Assembly (NCBI GenBank): GCA_032128875.1
Contig: JAVLKG010000002.1
Span: 480,001-544,000, forward strand
Direction: 5' to 3'
Source: Candidatus Melainabacteria bacterium 17Bon1m
GTDB taxonomy: Bacteria; Cyanobacteriota; Vampirovibrionia; Obscuribacterales; Obscuribacteraceae
DNA length: 64,000 nucleotides
Every line of letters starts with the position of its first letter. Within the stretch, counting starts at the first letter, position 1. A program made the translations under genes and the position numbers. The notes beneath the pieces were generated by a model. The model had not been told where the DNA came from. It searched no databases and saw nothing but the letters and a program-made list of their open reading frames with translations. Below are positions 50,160 to 59,617 of this stretch, one piece after another.

Positions 50160-50927
50160 ATGAAAAAAATTGCAATCGCGACAATGGCTCTTGCCGCATT
50201 TAGTCCTGCATTAGCTCAGACTTCGAGTTCTCCGAATTCTCTACCGCCACCAGCAAGCTCCCTCGGCGCTACCAACCCGCCTGTCAGTGTCCAGCAGACC
50301 AAGTCATTTGAATTGTTTCGTCAGGGACAAAACGATTTCATTCAGAAGAATTACTCAGAGGCTGAAAGCAATTGGAAGAAGGCGATCGAGTTGGCGCCAA
50401 CTGAAAATGACAATAAAAGTAAAGCCGAGTGCATGTGCGGACTGGCAATTGTCTATACGAAGCAAGGCCGCATCACTGATGCCAAAAAAGCGAGCGACGA
50501 AGCAATTCAATTCATAACAAGTTCGTTCGGCGCAGACGATCCACGCCTGGCACTATTGAAAAGACTATCGGAAGGTGCCAGCAACAAGTGCGTAGCGCCT
50601 TCCGTCGATGAGTCAGGGTCTGAATGGATGAAGAATATCGAAGCCGGAACAGCAGCCATGAACTCGGGTAATTTCAGCGATGCGGTGTCTAGCTTTGAAG
50701 CTGCGCTGGCTATAGTCGACAAGACTCAGCCTGATTCAGGAGTAGCTGCTGCAACTCTGTCACCCTTAGTCGCTGCCTATTTGAAGTCCGGAGATCTGAA
50801 GAAGGCAGAAGCGACAATCAATAGAGCGCTACCCCTGTGTAAGAAGTATTTCCCGGACAAGCCAAAGTTGACCGAAGCACTGCAAAGTGAATTGGCTTCC
50901 CTGAAAGCCAAGCAGTCTAAACCGTAG
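50160..50927 (+). CDS. Secreted TPR protein
   Basis: Signal peptide MKKIAIATMALAAFSPALA and two TPR blocks. Confidence 0.8.
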   Translation: MKKIAIATMALAAFSPALAQTSSSPNSLPPPASSLGATNPPVSVQQTKSFELFRQGQNDFIQKNYSEAESNWKKAIELAPTENDNKSKAECMCGLAIVYTKQGRITDAKKASDEAIQFITSSFGADDPRLALLKRLSEGASNKCVAPSVDESGSEWMKNIEAGTAAMNSGNFSDAVSSFEAALAIVDKTQPDSGVAAATLSPLVAAYLKSGDLKKAEATINRALPLCKKYFPDKPKLTEALQSELASLKAKQSKP

Positions 50928-50944
50928 AGATTAACGGAACCGGC

Positions 50945-52222
50945 TTATTGTGCGCCTGCGCCTGAGCGTTGTGCGAGGCGATTTTTCTCTGCCAATTCGC
51001 GAACGTGTGCAAGTCTTCTTTCCATTTTCTTTTGGGTGATGCCGTTCATCATCATTTTCGGTACTGGCAAACCAGTGTCGATGTGCGAAGACAGTTCGAG
51101 CGTAGTCGATTTGCCGTCTGCTGAAGGGGTTAGTACCCAGCTGCCTTCCATCGATTTGAACTTGTCTGATTTGACCATTTGATAGTCGATGCGACGATTA
51201 GGAATTTCCTGCGTGTTTATCAAGCAGGTCGCCGAACCAATCATTGGCAGTGCAGTAAATTTCTGCTCCAATTGTGACTCGTTGACGCCTTGTCTCATGA
51301 TTTTGCTGTATGCAAGTTCTGGGTCAACCTTTCTCTGCTCGTGAACAGCGTTGAATACGACATCAGGCGGCGCCTTAATGACGATAGATGCTTTTACTCT
51401 CGACTTACCGCTATTCAAGTTTGGTTTTGGTGTCTCTGCTTGAACAGCTTGAGCGGTCGATTGTTTTTCTTGCTGTGCTGCAGATTCCTTTTTGACTTTG
51501 GAAATTCTGTCTCCGAAGACGCCTGGAAGCAGCCGACTTGTCTTGCCCTCATTCTTATCGTCTGAAGACTTATCTTCGTTTTTTGCTTCCTTTTCTTTCT
51601 TCTCTTTCTTTTCCTTCTTTGTTTCGGCCTTGGATTCAGTTTTAGACTCAGGCACCGTATTTGGTGACGGCTTGGCCGCGATTGCTGTAGGTTTTTTTGC
51701 TGGTGCCGCTATTTGCTCTGCAGAATCTAGATCTTGGATGTGCGACTTATATGCAGGAGTTGCTTTTGTATTTACATGTGCAACTTCGTAGTCTGCACTT
51801 TCTTCGAGAGTTGGCTGTTGCACGCGTGCCGGTGGTGCTTTTACTGCAACCGGCTCTGCTTGTCTTTGAACTTGCTGAGCAACTTGATGCTCTATATGTT
51901 GTTCTTCTCTGGCAAGCGTCTTAAGCACTGCCGCTTGAGCCGTCAAGGTTTCGTGCAATGAATTCTGTTTTTGTTCGATAACAGTGGTGCGTTTATTCAT
52001 CTGCAGTTGCAGCTGAGTCATTTGCGCCTGCAATTGCGTCAATTGCTGCTGAATCTGATAGAGCTGTGCTTGCAGCGTTTGCGGAGAATTAGCATCCTTA
52101 TCTTCGCTACCGAACAGTCCTTTAGCTTGCGCGGAAGAACCAAGGATGGTGCAAAGGACTAAAGATATGGCAACTGCAATAGTTTGCCGTTTGAGCGATG
52201 CTCTCAAATCGTTCTTAATCAC
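50945..52222 (-). CDS. Exported protein with Gln-rich coiled coil, charged linker and C-terminal SRPBCC/START (Polyketide_cyc) domain
   Basis: Signal peptide ending SAQA; LQAQL heptads; C-terminal VKASIVIKAPPDVVF...IDYQMVKSDKFKSMEGSWVL. GTG start at 52222 preferred. Confidence 0.8.
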   Translation of the reverse strand: MIKNDLRASLKRQTIAVAISLVLCTILGSSAQAKGLFGSEDKDANSPQTLQAQLYQIQQQLTQLQAQMTQLQLQMNKRTTVIEQKQNSLHETLTAQAAVLKTLAREEQHIEHQVAQQVQRQAEPVAVKAPPARVQQPTLEESADYEVAHVNTKATPAYKSHIQDLDSAEQIAAPAKKPTAIAAKPSPNTVPESKTESKAETKKEKKEKKEKEAKNEDKSSDDKNEGKTSRLLPGVFGDRISKVKKESAAQQEKQSTAQAVQAETPKPNLNSGKSRVKASIVIKAPPDVVFNAVHEQRKVDPELAYSKIMRQGVNESQLEQKFTALPMIGSATCLINTQEIPNRRIDYQMVKSDKFKSMEGSWVLTPSADGKSTTLELSSHIDTGLPVPKMMMNGITQKKMERRLAHVRELAEKNRLAQRSGAGAQ

Positions 52223-52465
52223 GTGCGTCTCTCTTTCTACGGATACGATAAAAAGCGAAAAAACCTGTATCGGTGGCGCTTTTAGCACATCGGCAAAGCT
52301 TATCATGACAAGTGGGGGATTTGAAGAGGAGTAAGACTAAAAGAAAGTCATACACTTGTCATGAGTTTCGCGAGTCTGTCTAATGCTCAGTCTCGCACTA
52401 AAAAATTGACGGCTGCTTGATAACTGTTTTGGCCGGCAAGCAGATTCGGAAATTGGCGAGAAAGC

Positions 52466-53116
52466 TTACACGCCTATTGGAATGAACTTCGGCACAAGTC
52501 TGCGCCATTTCATCTTTTCTGCGTATTCGCGGTAGCCGTCGCCCAAGCTTTCGAGCAAGATCTTTTCTTCGTATTTGGCGCGATTCAGCCACAAAGGTGC
52601 GACTACACAAACGGTAAAAAGCACCAGCGGGACAGATGTTGAAGCCAGCGAAGCGCCGAGCAGCGATTGAATGATTCCGGAATAGGCTGGGTGCATGACG
52701 AATTTCAGCAATCCGTCGCTTTTCACTTTGTGATCTTCAAGAATTTCGGCGTCAGTGGTGAAAGCTTCCCCAAGAGAAATCCAACCGCCGATCATGAAAA
52801 TCAAACCGCTTATCAAAACGAGAATTCCCAACCAGGAAATGATCATCGTAATGCCGGTAGGTTCGCCCTGACCGAGCGTGATCAACGGATGCGCCCAATC
52901 TGCTTTTATAACGTCGGAGTACATCAAAAATGCAGGAATTAAAGCGAAGATCGTTGCTACCGAAGCATATTGAGGTGCGCGTTGAATGATGAAGTTCTTT
53001 TCGTATTTAACTCCGGTTCCGCGGCGAATGAAGGCTTTGGTAAGAACCGGCGCTGCAATTACCGCACCCACTGATACCAAGGCTACGGTCACCAATGTTG
53101 GGACGTTGAAACTCAC
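52466..53116 (-). CDS. ICMT/PEMT-family integral membrane methyltransferase
   Basis: Multiple TMs, LGEAFT, GLLKFVMHPAYSG and YEEKILLESLGDGYREY...RRLVP. Confidence 0.85.
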   Translation of the reverse strand: MSFNVPTLVTVALVSVGAVIAAPVLTKAFIRRGTGVKYEKNFIIQRAPQYASVATIFALIPAFLMYSDVIKADWAHPLITLGQGEPTGITMIISWLGILVLISGLIFMIGGWISLGEAFTTDAEILEDHKVKSDGLLKFVMHPAYSGIIQSLLGASLASTSVPLVLFTVCVVAPLWLNRAKYEEKILLESLGDGYREYAEKMKWRRLVPKFIPIGV

Positions 53117-53361
53117 TTAGTTATCTCCCTCTAAAGAGAATCGATTGCCGGGCAATCCGAAATCGTTTTGAAATTTTGCCTGGAACTTTCTGAAGACAGC
53201 TTGCCATCTTTAGTCGTATCACTGTACAGGCAGGTAGCTCTCTGCGTCAACGAAAACACATTTGAACAATCGAGACTCCATCGTGATTTGTTTGAAACAC
53301 GAGTTGACTGACGTCAGTTGCATTTATTTGTTTCATTGGCAATTGTTCATTGCCGAAAGAA

Positions 53362-54063
53362 TTAGCGAGCGTCTTCGAGTAATTGCTCGTCGGACTCAAG
53401 CGGGCATTTCCAGAGTCTGTAGAGTGCATTGAGCACTGTTTGAGCGGGCTGTGGCAATTCGTCACCAGGTGCCACTTCGATATCGTCCAGCATACGTCTC
53501 ATCCAGAGTGCGTGACGAGTATGCGGACGTGAGTGATGTCTCAGCCATTCCAAGCCGTCCTCAACTTCTTCTTTCGTATATTCAGAAGCATGATCGGCGA
53601 AATACTTTTCAAAAATTTCGAGAGTCTGGCGTGCATACGCTGTTGCGGCCAACTCTGCCGTTACTACTGCCAGTACTCCGTCTTTATGATTTGGGCTTTC
53701 GCACCATCTGCGCATAACCTGGCAAAGATGATGGCTTGCTTCGTTCAAAAGATCAGTCTTCAATTGTTCGTCCGTAATGCCTGCCAGGTGGCACTGTTTG
53801 ACGTACATCTGCTGGTAGGTCAGCTCTTCATCAGCTAATTGGTTGAACAGCTTTTTGCCGGCGTCCATGTTATCGGGCAGACAATCTCTGACAAGCGAGA
53901 TATTGCGCGGCAACTCCCTGATAAATGGCCAGAGGCTCAAACAGATTTCGCTTCCCAGAGGGATGACCGTTTCGTCTTGGATGCCGCCACTAAAGGGACT
54001 TGTTTTGCATCCGAGCGTTATTCTTTCGATAAGGGTTGGCATCCACCCCGATTTACGCGACAT
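53362..54063 (-). CDS. Heme-oxygenase-like (TenA/PqqC/CADD/UndA-type) helical metalloprotein
   Basis: LWPFIRE, QLADEELTY...CHLAG, VTAELAA and WLRHHSRPHTRH follow the HO-like ligand spacing; the start may be 54075 (TTG). Confidence 0.65.
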   Translation of the reverse strand: MSRKSGWMPTLIERITLGCKTSPFSGGIQDETVIPLGSEICLSLWPFIRELPRNISLVRDCLPDNMDAGKKLFNQLADEELTYQQMYVKQCHLAGITDEQLKTDLLNEASHHLCQVMRRWCESPNHKDGVLAVVTAELAATAYARQTLEIFEKYFADHASEYTKEEVEDGLEWLRHHSRPHTRHALWMRRMLDDIEVAPGDELPQPAQTVLNALYRLWKCPLESDEQLLEDAR

Positions 54064-54331
54064 ATTAGATTCCAATAACCTATAAAACCCCAGTCATATA
54101 CTTTACTACGCAAATTAGACAGTCCTATGTAATCTAACTAATGAATGTTAAGCACCGGTGAGAAATCCCCTAAAAGTCTGCAGAACTGCGTTATCAGGGG
54201 GATGTAGAGATCTCAAGCAGTGTTAAACTCAGGCGCTGGCGCACATTTGCGGATTTTTACGAACTTAATTTCGATATTCGAGCCAGAATATATATTTTGG
54301 TTTTCAAATCTTAGGGAATTCCCCCAGCTCA

Positions 54332-55399
54332 ATGCCTTCAGTCGACAGCAGTCAAGAAAAGCAGACGGCACAGGCCGAAGAAAAGGTTGTTTCACCTTTG
54401 CCCTTGCCCATGCAGAGTCTGGCAACGGGAGAAAAGCTGCAGAGCAGAACGGATAGCTCGGTCGAAATCGTCAATGTTCGTGGTGCGAACCTGCAATTGC
54501 GTAAATTTCTCCCTCAAGATTCATCGCTGAATTTTGCTCCCGAACAACCAGCCAAAATCAACGAGAATAAACCAGTCGCTCTCTACTTGCACGGCATTGA
54601 AGGCCATGCCGAATGGTTCGCTAATACTGCTTCTGTGCTCAATCAAGCCGGCATTTCGGTCTATGCGCCGGACAGGCGCGGAGCCGGTCTTAATTTCTTC
54701 GAGCGCGGGCACGTGGAAAATGCCCAAGTGTTGATCGAAGACGTTGAGTTTTTCCTGAGCCTGGTTGCCGAAAGACACCCCGGGGCGCCGCTCTTTCTTA
54801 TCGGGAACTGCTGGGGAGCGAAATTGGCCGCTATTGTTGCTTCTGAAACACACAAATGGTCGACCAAAAGCGCAGAACATCCCGCAAAACCTGAACTTAC
54901 GGGCCTGGTCTTAATTTGCCCGGCAATAAAAACCAAGCCCGACCTGAAATTCTCTGACAAACTGTCGATTGCAGCTGCTTTGATCGCAGGAAAAGACGCC
55001 CTCAAACAACAGCTGCCGATTCCTCTCACCACTTTGATGTTTACCGACAATCATCTCTTTCTCGACTATATCGATAAAGACCCTCTACGACTGACGTCTG
55101 CTAGTAAAGCCTTTTACTTTGCCAGTTTTCTTCTCAGTCTAAAGTCCGCTCGAATCGCGCCATCCATCAAGATTCCCACCCTGATTCTCCAGTCAGATAA
55201 CGATGCGATTGTCGATGTTCCCGGCATCGAAAGTTGGTTTTCCAAAATTGCAACTGCCGATAAGAGATACAAAAAATACGACGGCGCTGCGCACAGTATG
55301 GATTTCGATAAGCGGCAATTTATGGATTATGCTCGCGACCTTACCGAATGGATAGAGGAGATCGGCACCCAAAGTCAAAAGCAGGGTGTCTTGCAATGA
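54332..55399 (+). CDS. Alpha/beta hydrolase (Hydrolase_4) with Cys nucleophile
   Basis: YLHGIEGHAEWF, PDRRGAG, RGHV, GNCWG, SDNDAIV and AAHSM. Confidence 0.88.
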   Translation: MPSVDSSQEKQTAQAEEKVVSPLPLPMQSLATGEKLQSRTDSSVEIVNVRGANLQLRKFLPQDSSLNFAPEQPAKINENKPVALYLHGIEGHAEWFANTASVLNQAGISVYAPDRRGAGLNFFERGHVENAQVLIEDVEFFLSLVAERHPGAPLFLIGNCWGAKLAAIVASETHKWSTKSAEHPAKPELTGLVLICPAIKTKPDLKFSDKLSIAAALIAGKDALKQQLPIPLTTLMFTDNHLFLDYIDKDPLRLTSASKAFYFASFLLSLKSARIAPSIKIPTLILQSDNDAIVDVPGIESWFSKIATADKRYKKYDGAAHSMDFDKRQFMDYARDLTEWIEEIGTQSQKQGVLQ

Positions 55400-56625
55400 T
55401 CAAAATCACTGATATTCAAGTATCGACTGTCCTTCTGCCGTTTCGATTTGCGTTTAAACACAGCCTGGCTTCGCGCTCATTTTCGACCAACGTCATCGTC
55501 AAAGTGAAGATGGAAGACACCGCAACGGGTGCCACTGTATTTGGTTTGGGCGAAAGCGTTCCTAGAGACTACGTCACCGGTGAAACCTGCGAAACCGCAC
55601 TAGCTGAGATTAAGAGCAACTTTGCTCCCAGATTTCTCAACCAGAATCTCGATCAAGAACGCAAAGCGACTGAATCAGTAAGGCGAATGATAGAAGAGGT
55701 CGCTGCCTCTCTCAATGTCTACGGACGCAGAGTGGGAGCCTCTTTCTGCGCCCTGGAACTGGCACTTCTTGATGCTGCCGCCAAAATTGAGGGTGTTTCT
55801 ATTAGCCAGTGGTTGGCTGCCGAAAACGGCCGAGACGCTGTTGAATCAATTGATTACGGTGGCGTCATTCCTTTTGGAAAACGCAAAGTGCTCGCCGCAT
55901 TGCTTTACTTTTATAAGTTCTACGGATACAAAACCGTCAAATTGAAAGTCGGCGACGATCCAGACCTCGATCTCTTTACAGTCCGAAAAGCACGCGAACT
56001 TCTGGGATCCTCCACCGTCATTAGAGTTGATGCGAATTGCGCCTGGGACTTCGACAGCACAGTTGATTTTTCTCAAAAGGCGCAGGGCTACAACATAGCC
56101 TCTATTGAGCAACCGGTGCCCTTCGACCGGCTGGACGAATTGGTCGAGCTGACAAAGGTTTTGAAGGAAGAAATAGTCGTTGACGAATCATTGTGTACAG
56201 TGCAAGAGGCTCAAGACCTGGCGACAAAAAGAGCGTGTGGCGGTTTCAACATAAGAATTTCCAAGGTTGGTGGTCTTTTGGCTGCTCAGAAAATAATTGA
56301 CATTGCCCACAAGAATGGAATTAGCATCCATCTTGGCGCTCAGGTTGGCGAGAGCGGTATTTTGACGGCGGCCGGAAGAGCTTTGGCATGCGCGAATCAG
56401 AAATTTGAAAATTACGAAGGCGCCGCTAATTTTTTCCTCCTCAAAGAAGATCTGACAAAAGAAAATATGACCGCCGGTTTTGGCGGCAGAGGCAAAATGC
56501 CTAACGGTAAAGGTATTGGCGTGACGGTAAACGAGCAAAATTTAAATCGGTTTGAAGTGAAGCTTCAATCTGCCGATGCGAGTTCCGCTGCCCTTGAGGC
56601 GACAGGGAGAGGTCTTCATGTTTAA
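55396..56625 (+). CDS. Enolase-superfamily enzyme (muconate lactonising enzyme/dipeptide epimerase subgroup)
   Basis: FKHSLASR, GLGESVPRDYVTGE, ELALLD, KLKVG, RVDAN, IEQP, VDES and NIRISKVGG; ATGA overlap with the upstream stop. Confidence 0.88.
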   Translation: MIKITDIQVSTVLLPFRFAFKHSLASRSFSTNVIVKVKMEDTATGATVFGLGESVPRDYVTGETCETALAEIKSNFAPRFLNQNLDQERKATESVRRMIEEVAASLNVYGRRVGASFCALELALLDAAAKIEGVSISQWLAAENGRDAVESIDYGGVIPFGKRKVLAALLYFYKFYGYKTVKLKVGDDPDLDLFTVRKARELLGSSTVIRVDANCAWDFDSTVDFSQKAQGYNIASIEQPVPFDRLDELVELTKVLKEEIVVDESLCTVQEAQDLATKRACGGFNIRISKVGGLLAAQKIIDIAHKNGISIHLGAQVGESGILTAAGRALACANQKFENYEGAANFFLLKEDLTKENMTAGFGGRGKMPNGKGIGVTVNEQNLNRFEVKLQSADASSAALEATGRGLHV

Positions 56626-58285
56626 ACGTCCCAGTTTGATTCATATGGGTCAGTTATATAGGCGCGCGACGCACATTCGGCGTTTTTTCAACGCTGTCAA
56701 AAATCCTCAAGAAGTGCAAGCGCAGAAATTGCTCGGCTATATTCGCGCCAATGAAAATAGCGCCTTCGGCAAAGCAAATAATTTCGACAAGATACGCACC
56801 GTCGAAGACTATCAACGCTATGTTCGCCCCTGCAAATATGAAGATCTTCAGCCATATATCGATAAGGTTCGCGCCGGTGCTACCAATCAATTGACGCGCG
56901 AAAATCCATTTATGTTTGCCACTACCAGTGGCACCACTGCCCTTCCGAAATTCATTCCTATAACGGCAACGCATATTCGCGATTACACGCATGCGTTTCA
57001 AGTGCACAACTATCACTTGATTCAAGATTATCCGCGCGCCGCGGACGGTCGATTTCTTTTAATCACAAGCAATGATGAAGAAGGGCGCACCGAATCTAAC
57101 ATTCCCTATGGTGCTGTTTCCGGCATGTTGAATCGCCGGCAACCGGAGATCATCCGCAAGCATTTTGCTACTCCATACGAACTTTGCAAAATCAAAAATG
57201 TCGATGCCAAATACTATTTGATGTTGCGCTCTGCTCTCGGATTGGATGTAACGGCGGTGATTTGCTGCAATCCATCTAGTTTGCTTTTGCTGGCAGATCA
57301 AATGAAAGAGCACGCAGCAGATTTGGTCGCCGACCTCTTTGACGGCACGGTCAAAAACACATACAGACCCCCTGCTGAATACAGCGATGCCTTTGCGAAA
57401 TTCTTCGTACCCAACAAAGAACGTGCTCGCCAACTCGACAAAATGCTTGAGAAAGACGGCTTGCTCCTGCCTCGCACTGTCTGGTCGAATTTGGAAATTC
57501 TGGTGTCCTGGAAAGGTGGACCGATGGCTTTCTATTTGGACAAGCTTCCTGAAATGTATGGAAATATGCCGGTCCGTGATTTCGGTTATATGGCAAGCGA
57601 GGGGCGCGGATCCATTCCGATTACCAGCGAAGGCTCAGGTGGCGTTTTGGCTATTACTAGCCACTTCTATGAATTCGTAGAGGAAGACGCGCACGAACAG
57701 CCCAATCCGAAATTCCTGCTTGCGCATCAACTGAAAAAGGGTGGACGTTATTTCATCTACTTCACCACCGGCGCCGGTCTATATCGGTACAACATCAATG
57801 ATTTGGTGGAAGTTGTAGATTTTGAGGGCAATGCACCGATTATTCGATTTGTTCAAAAGGGCATGGGTGTCAGCTCAATAACTGGGGAAAAACTCACCGA
57901 AGAGCAGGTTTTGGTTGCACTGACGATGGCAAAAACTCAGTTGGGCTTGAGCGAAGTCGAACATTGCACGGTGGAAGTAGAACTCGGCTCACCGCCTTTC
58001 TACGTGGCATTCGCAGAGACGAGTTCTGAGTTGCCGGACTCCGTGAAAAATCAGTTTATTCGTATATTTGATGATTCACTCAAAAATCAAAATCCAGAGT
58101 ATCAAGATAAGCGGTCAACCAAACGGCTTGGATTGCCGGTCATGCGCACTCTGCCCTCGGGGACTTACATGAAATTGAGACAACAACGCGTGCTGCAGGG
58201 GGCACCTGAAGCGCAGGTTAAAATACCTCTCTTGAGTGCGCACAGCTCCTTTACCGGGCAGTTGGCGCAAATCCAAGTCTCATAA
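56618..58285 (+). CDS. GH3-family acyl acid-amido synthetase (ANL superfamily)
   Basis: ATTSGTTALPKFIP, YMASEG, FYEF, GLYRYNINDLV, GEKLTEEQV, NPEY and QVKIPLL. Confidence 0.9.
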   Translation: MFKRPSLIHMGQLYRRATHIRRFFNAVKNPQEVQAQKLLGYIRANENSAFGKANNFDKIRTVEDYQRYVRPCKYEDLQPYIDKVRAGATNQLTRENPFMFATTSGTTALPKFIPITATHIRDYTHAFQVHNYHLIQDYPRAADGRFLLITSNDEEGRTESNIPYGAVSGMLNRRQPEIIRKHFATPYELCKIKNVDAKYYLMLRSALGLDVTAVICCNPSSLLLLADQMKEHAADLVADLFDGTVKNTYRPPAEYSDAFAKFFVPNKERARQLDKMLEKDGLLLPRTVWSNLEILVSWKGGPMAFYLDKLPEMYGNMPVRDFGYMASEGRGSIPITSEGSGGVLAITSHFYEFVEEDAHEQPNPKFLLAHQLKKGGRYFIYFTTGAGLYRYNINDLVEVVDFEGNAPIIRFVQKGMGVSSITGEKLTEEQVLVALTMAKTQLGLSEVEHCTVEVELGSPPFYVAFAETSSELPDSVKNQFIRIFDDSLKNQNPEYQDKRSTKRLGLPVMRTLPSGTYMKLRQQRVLQGAPEAQVKIPLLSAHSSFTGQLAQIQVS

Positions 58286-58303
58286 CAAGGAAAGGAAAAT
58301 TCA

Positions 58304-59356
58304 ATGACTGGAAAAGTAAAGGTGGCGATAACGGGAGCCTCTGGGCTCGTAGGAAGTCACCTGGCAGAGCATCTCGTTCTGAGCGGATACGATGTTGTTG
58401 CTATGTCGCGGAATGCTTCAAGTGAAAAGTGTTTGACTGCAATTACCGGTCCTGGCAAATTGACTTTGCTAAATGTTGATGTGAATGATGAAAACGCATT
58501 GCAACACGCTTTTACCGGCTGTGATGTTGTCGTCCATGCGGCAGGCACCGTTGATCCTTACGGCTCGCGCCAGACAATTTTCAAAACCAATGTTGAAGGC
58601 ACTCGCAACGCCATGTCTGCCGCTCGCAATCGCGGGGTAAAGCAGTTTATCTTTGTCAGCAGCCTGTCTGTAATTACAGGTCAAGGTGACCAGTTCGATG
58701 TCGATGAAACTGCCGAGCTCAAACCTTGCGGCGAGTCGTATGCCGATTCGAAAGTAGAAGCCGAAAGGCTGGTGATGAGCGAGCCTGAAACCTCTTCGAT
58801 GAAAGTTACGTCAGTGCGTCCCGGCTTTATATATGGGCCCAGAGAGAAAGCCTGGATGCCTCGCTTGATCAATTCAATTGGCACAGGTAAGGCAATGTTG
58901 ATTGGTGGTGGCGTCAAAGAAACCAACGTCATCTATGTCGGTAATCTGAGCAAAGCGATTGAAAATGCCTTTCTCAATCCAAAAGCGTACGGACAAGTAT
59001 TCAATTTGACCGATGGGGAAAAGGTCACCAAAAAAGAACTCTTTGATGCGATTGCTGATGGGTTGGGGCTTCCTAGAGTATCGAAACAGATACCTGTTCC
59101 AGTTGCGCGCTTTGCCTGCGAGTTGATTTCCTCTTTTGCGCCTCTTTTGCCAGTGGAAAAGCAGCGCGGACTGGCACGCTTTTCGCGAGCAGCATTCCGC
59201 CTGGCCGGAGTGAATCAGGGCTTTTCGGTCAAGAAGGCAGAACGAGACCTAAACTATGTCAATCGCACCTCATTTAAGGAAGGCATGGCCAAGACTCTGG
59301 AATACTTCAAAGCTGAGCGCCAGGGTGCGCAAAAAGAGGTTGCAACGCGCAGATGA
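58304..59356 (+). CDS. Extended SDR, 3-beta-HSD/OleD-like NAD-dependent dehydrogenase
   Basis: TGASGLVG, VVHAAG, NVEGT, FVSS, YADSK and RPGFIYGP. Confidence 0.88.
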   Translation: MTGKVKVAITGASGLVGSHLAEHLVLSGYDVVAMSRNASSEKCLTAITGPGKLTLLNVDVNDENALQHAFTGCDVVVHAAGTVDPYGSRQTIFKTNVEGTRNAMSAARNRGVKQFIFVSSLSVITGQGDQFDVDETAELKPCGESYADSKVEAERLVMSEPETSSMKVTSVRPGFIYGPREKAWMPRLINSIGTGKAMLIGGGVKETNVIYVGNLSKAIENAFLNPKAYGQVFNLTDGEKVTKKELFDAIADGLGLPRVSKQIPVPVARFACELISSFAPLLPVEKQRGLARFSRAAFRLAGVNQGFSVKKAERDLNYVNRTSFKEGMAKTLEYFKAERQGAQKEVATRR

Positions 59357-59613
59357 TGAATGCCAAAGAGTTTGTAATCGACTATATAGGCAGGCACAAA
59401 CACCCTGTTAATGCTTGCTTGCACTTGGTCGGTGTGCCGTCGGCGTTTTACGGCATGTTTTTATTTGTAACCGGCAAATTTGCCTGGGGTTCTGCACTCA
59501 TTGTCCTTGGCTATTTTCTTCAATACCTTGGTCACAAAGCGCAGGGAAATGAAGTTGGCGAAGTTACTCTTATAAAACACCTATGGAAAAAAGTTTCCGC
59601 ACCGCGGAGTTGA
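59353..59613 (+). CDS. Mini DUF962/Mpo1-like membrane protein
   Basis: YIGRHKHPVNACLHLVGVP and LQYLGHKAQGN His motifs; overlaps the upstream stop. Confidence 0.8.
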   Translation: MMNAKEFVIDYIGRHKHPVNACLHLVGVPSAFYGMFLFVTGKFAWGSALIVLGYFLQYLGHKAQGNEVGEVTLIKHLWKKVSAPRS

Positions 59614-59617
59614 ACAG

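Noticed and set aside
54332-56625. Chlorocatechol degradation pair (dienelactone hydrolase plus chloromuconate cycloisomerase)
   Set aside because: The hydrolase motifs are lysophospholipase-type, there is no catechol dioxygenase or maleylacetate reductase, and the neighbours (GH3, DUF962, SDRs) point to lipid chemistry.
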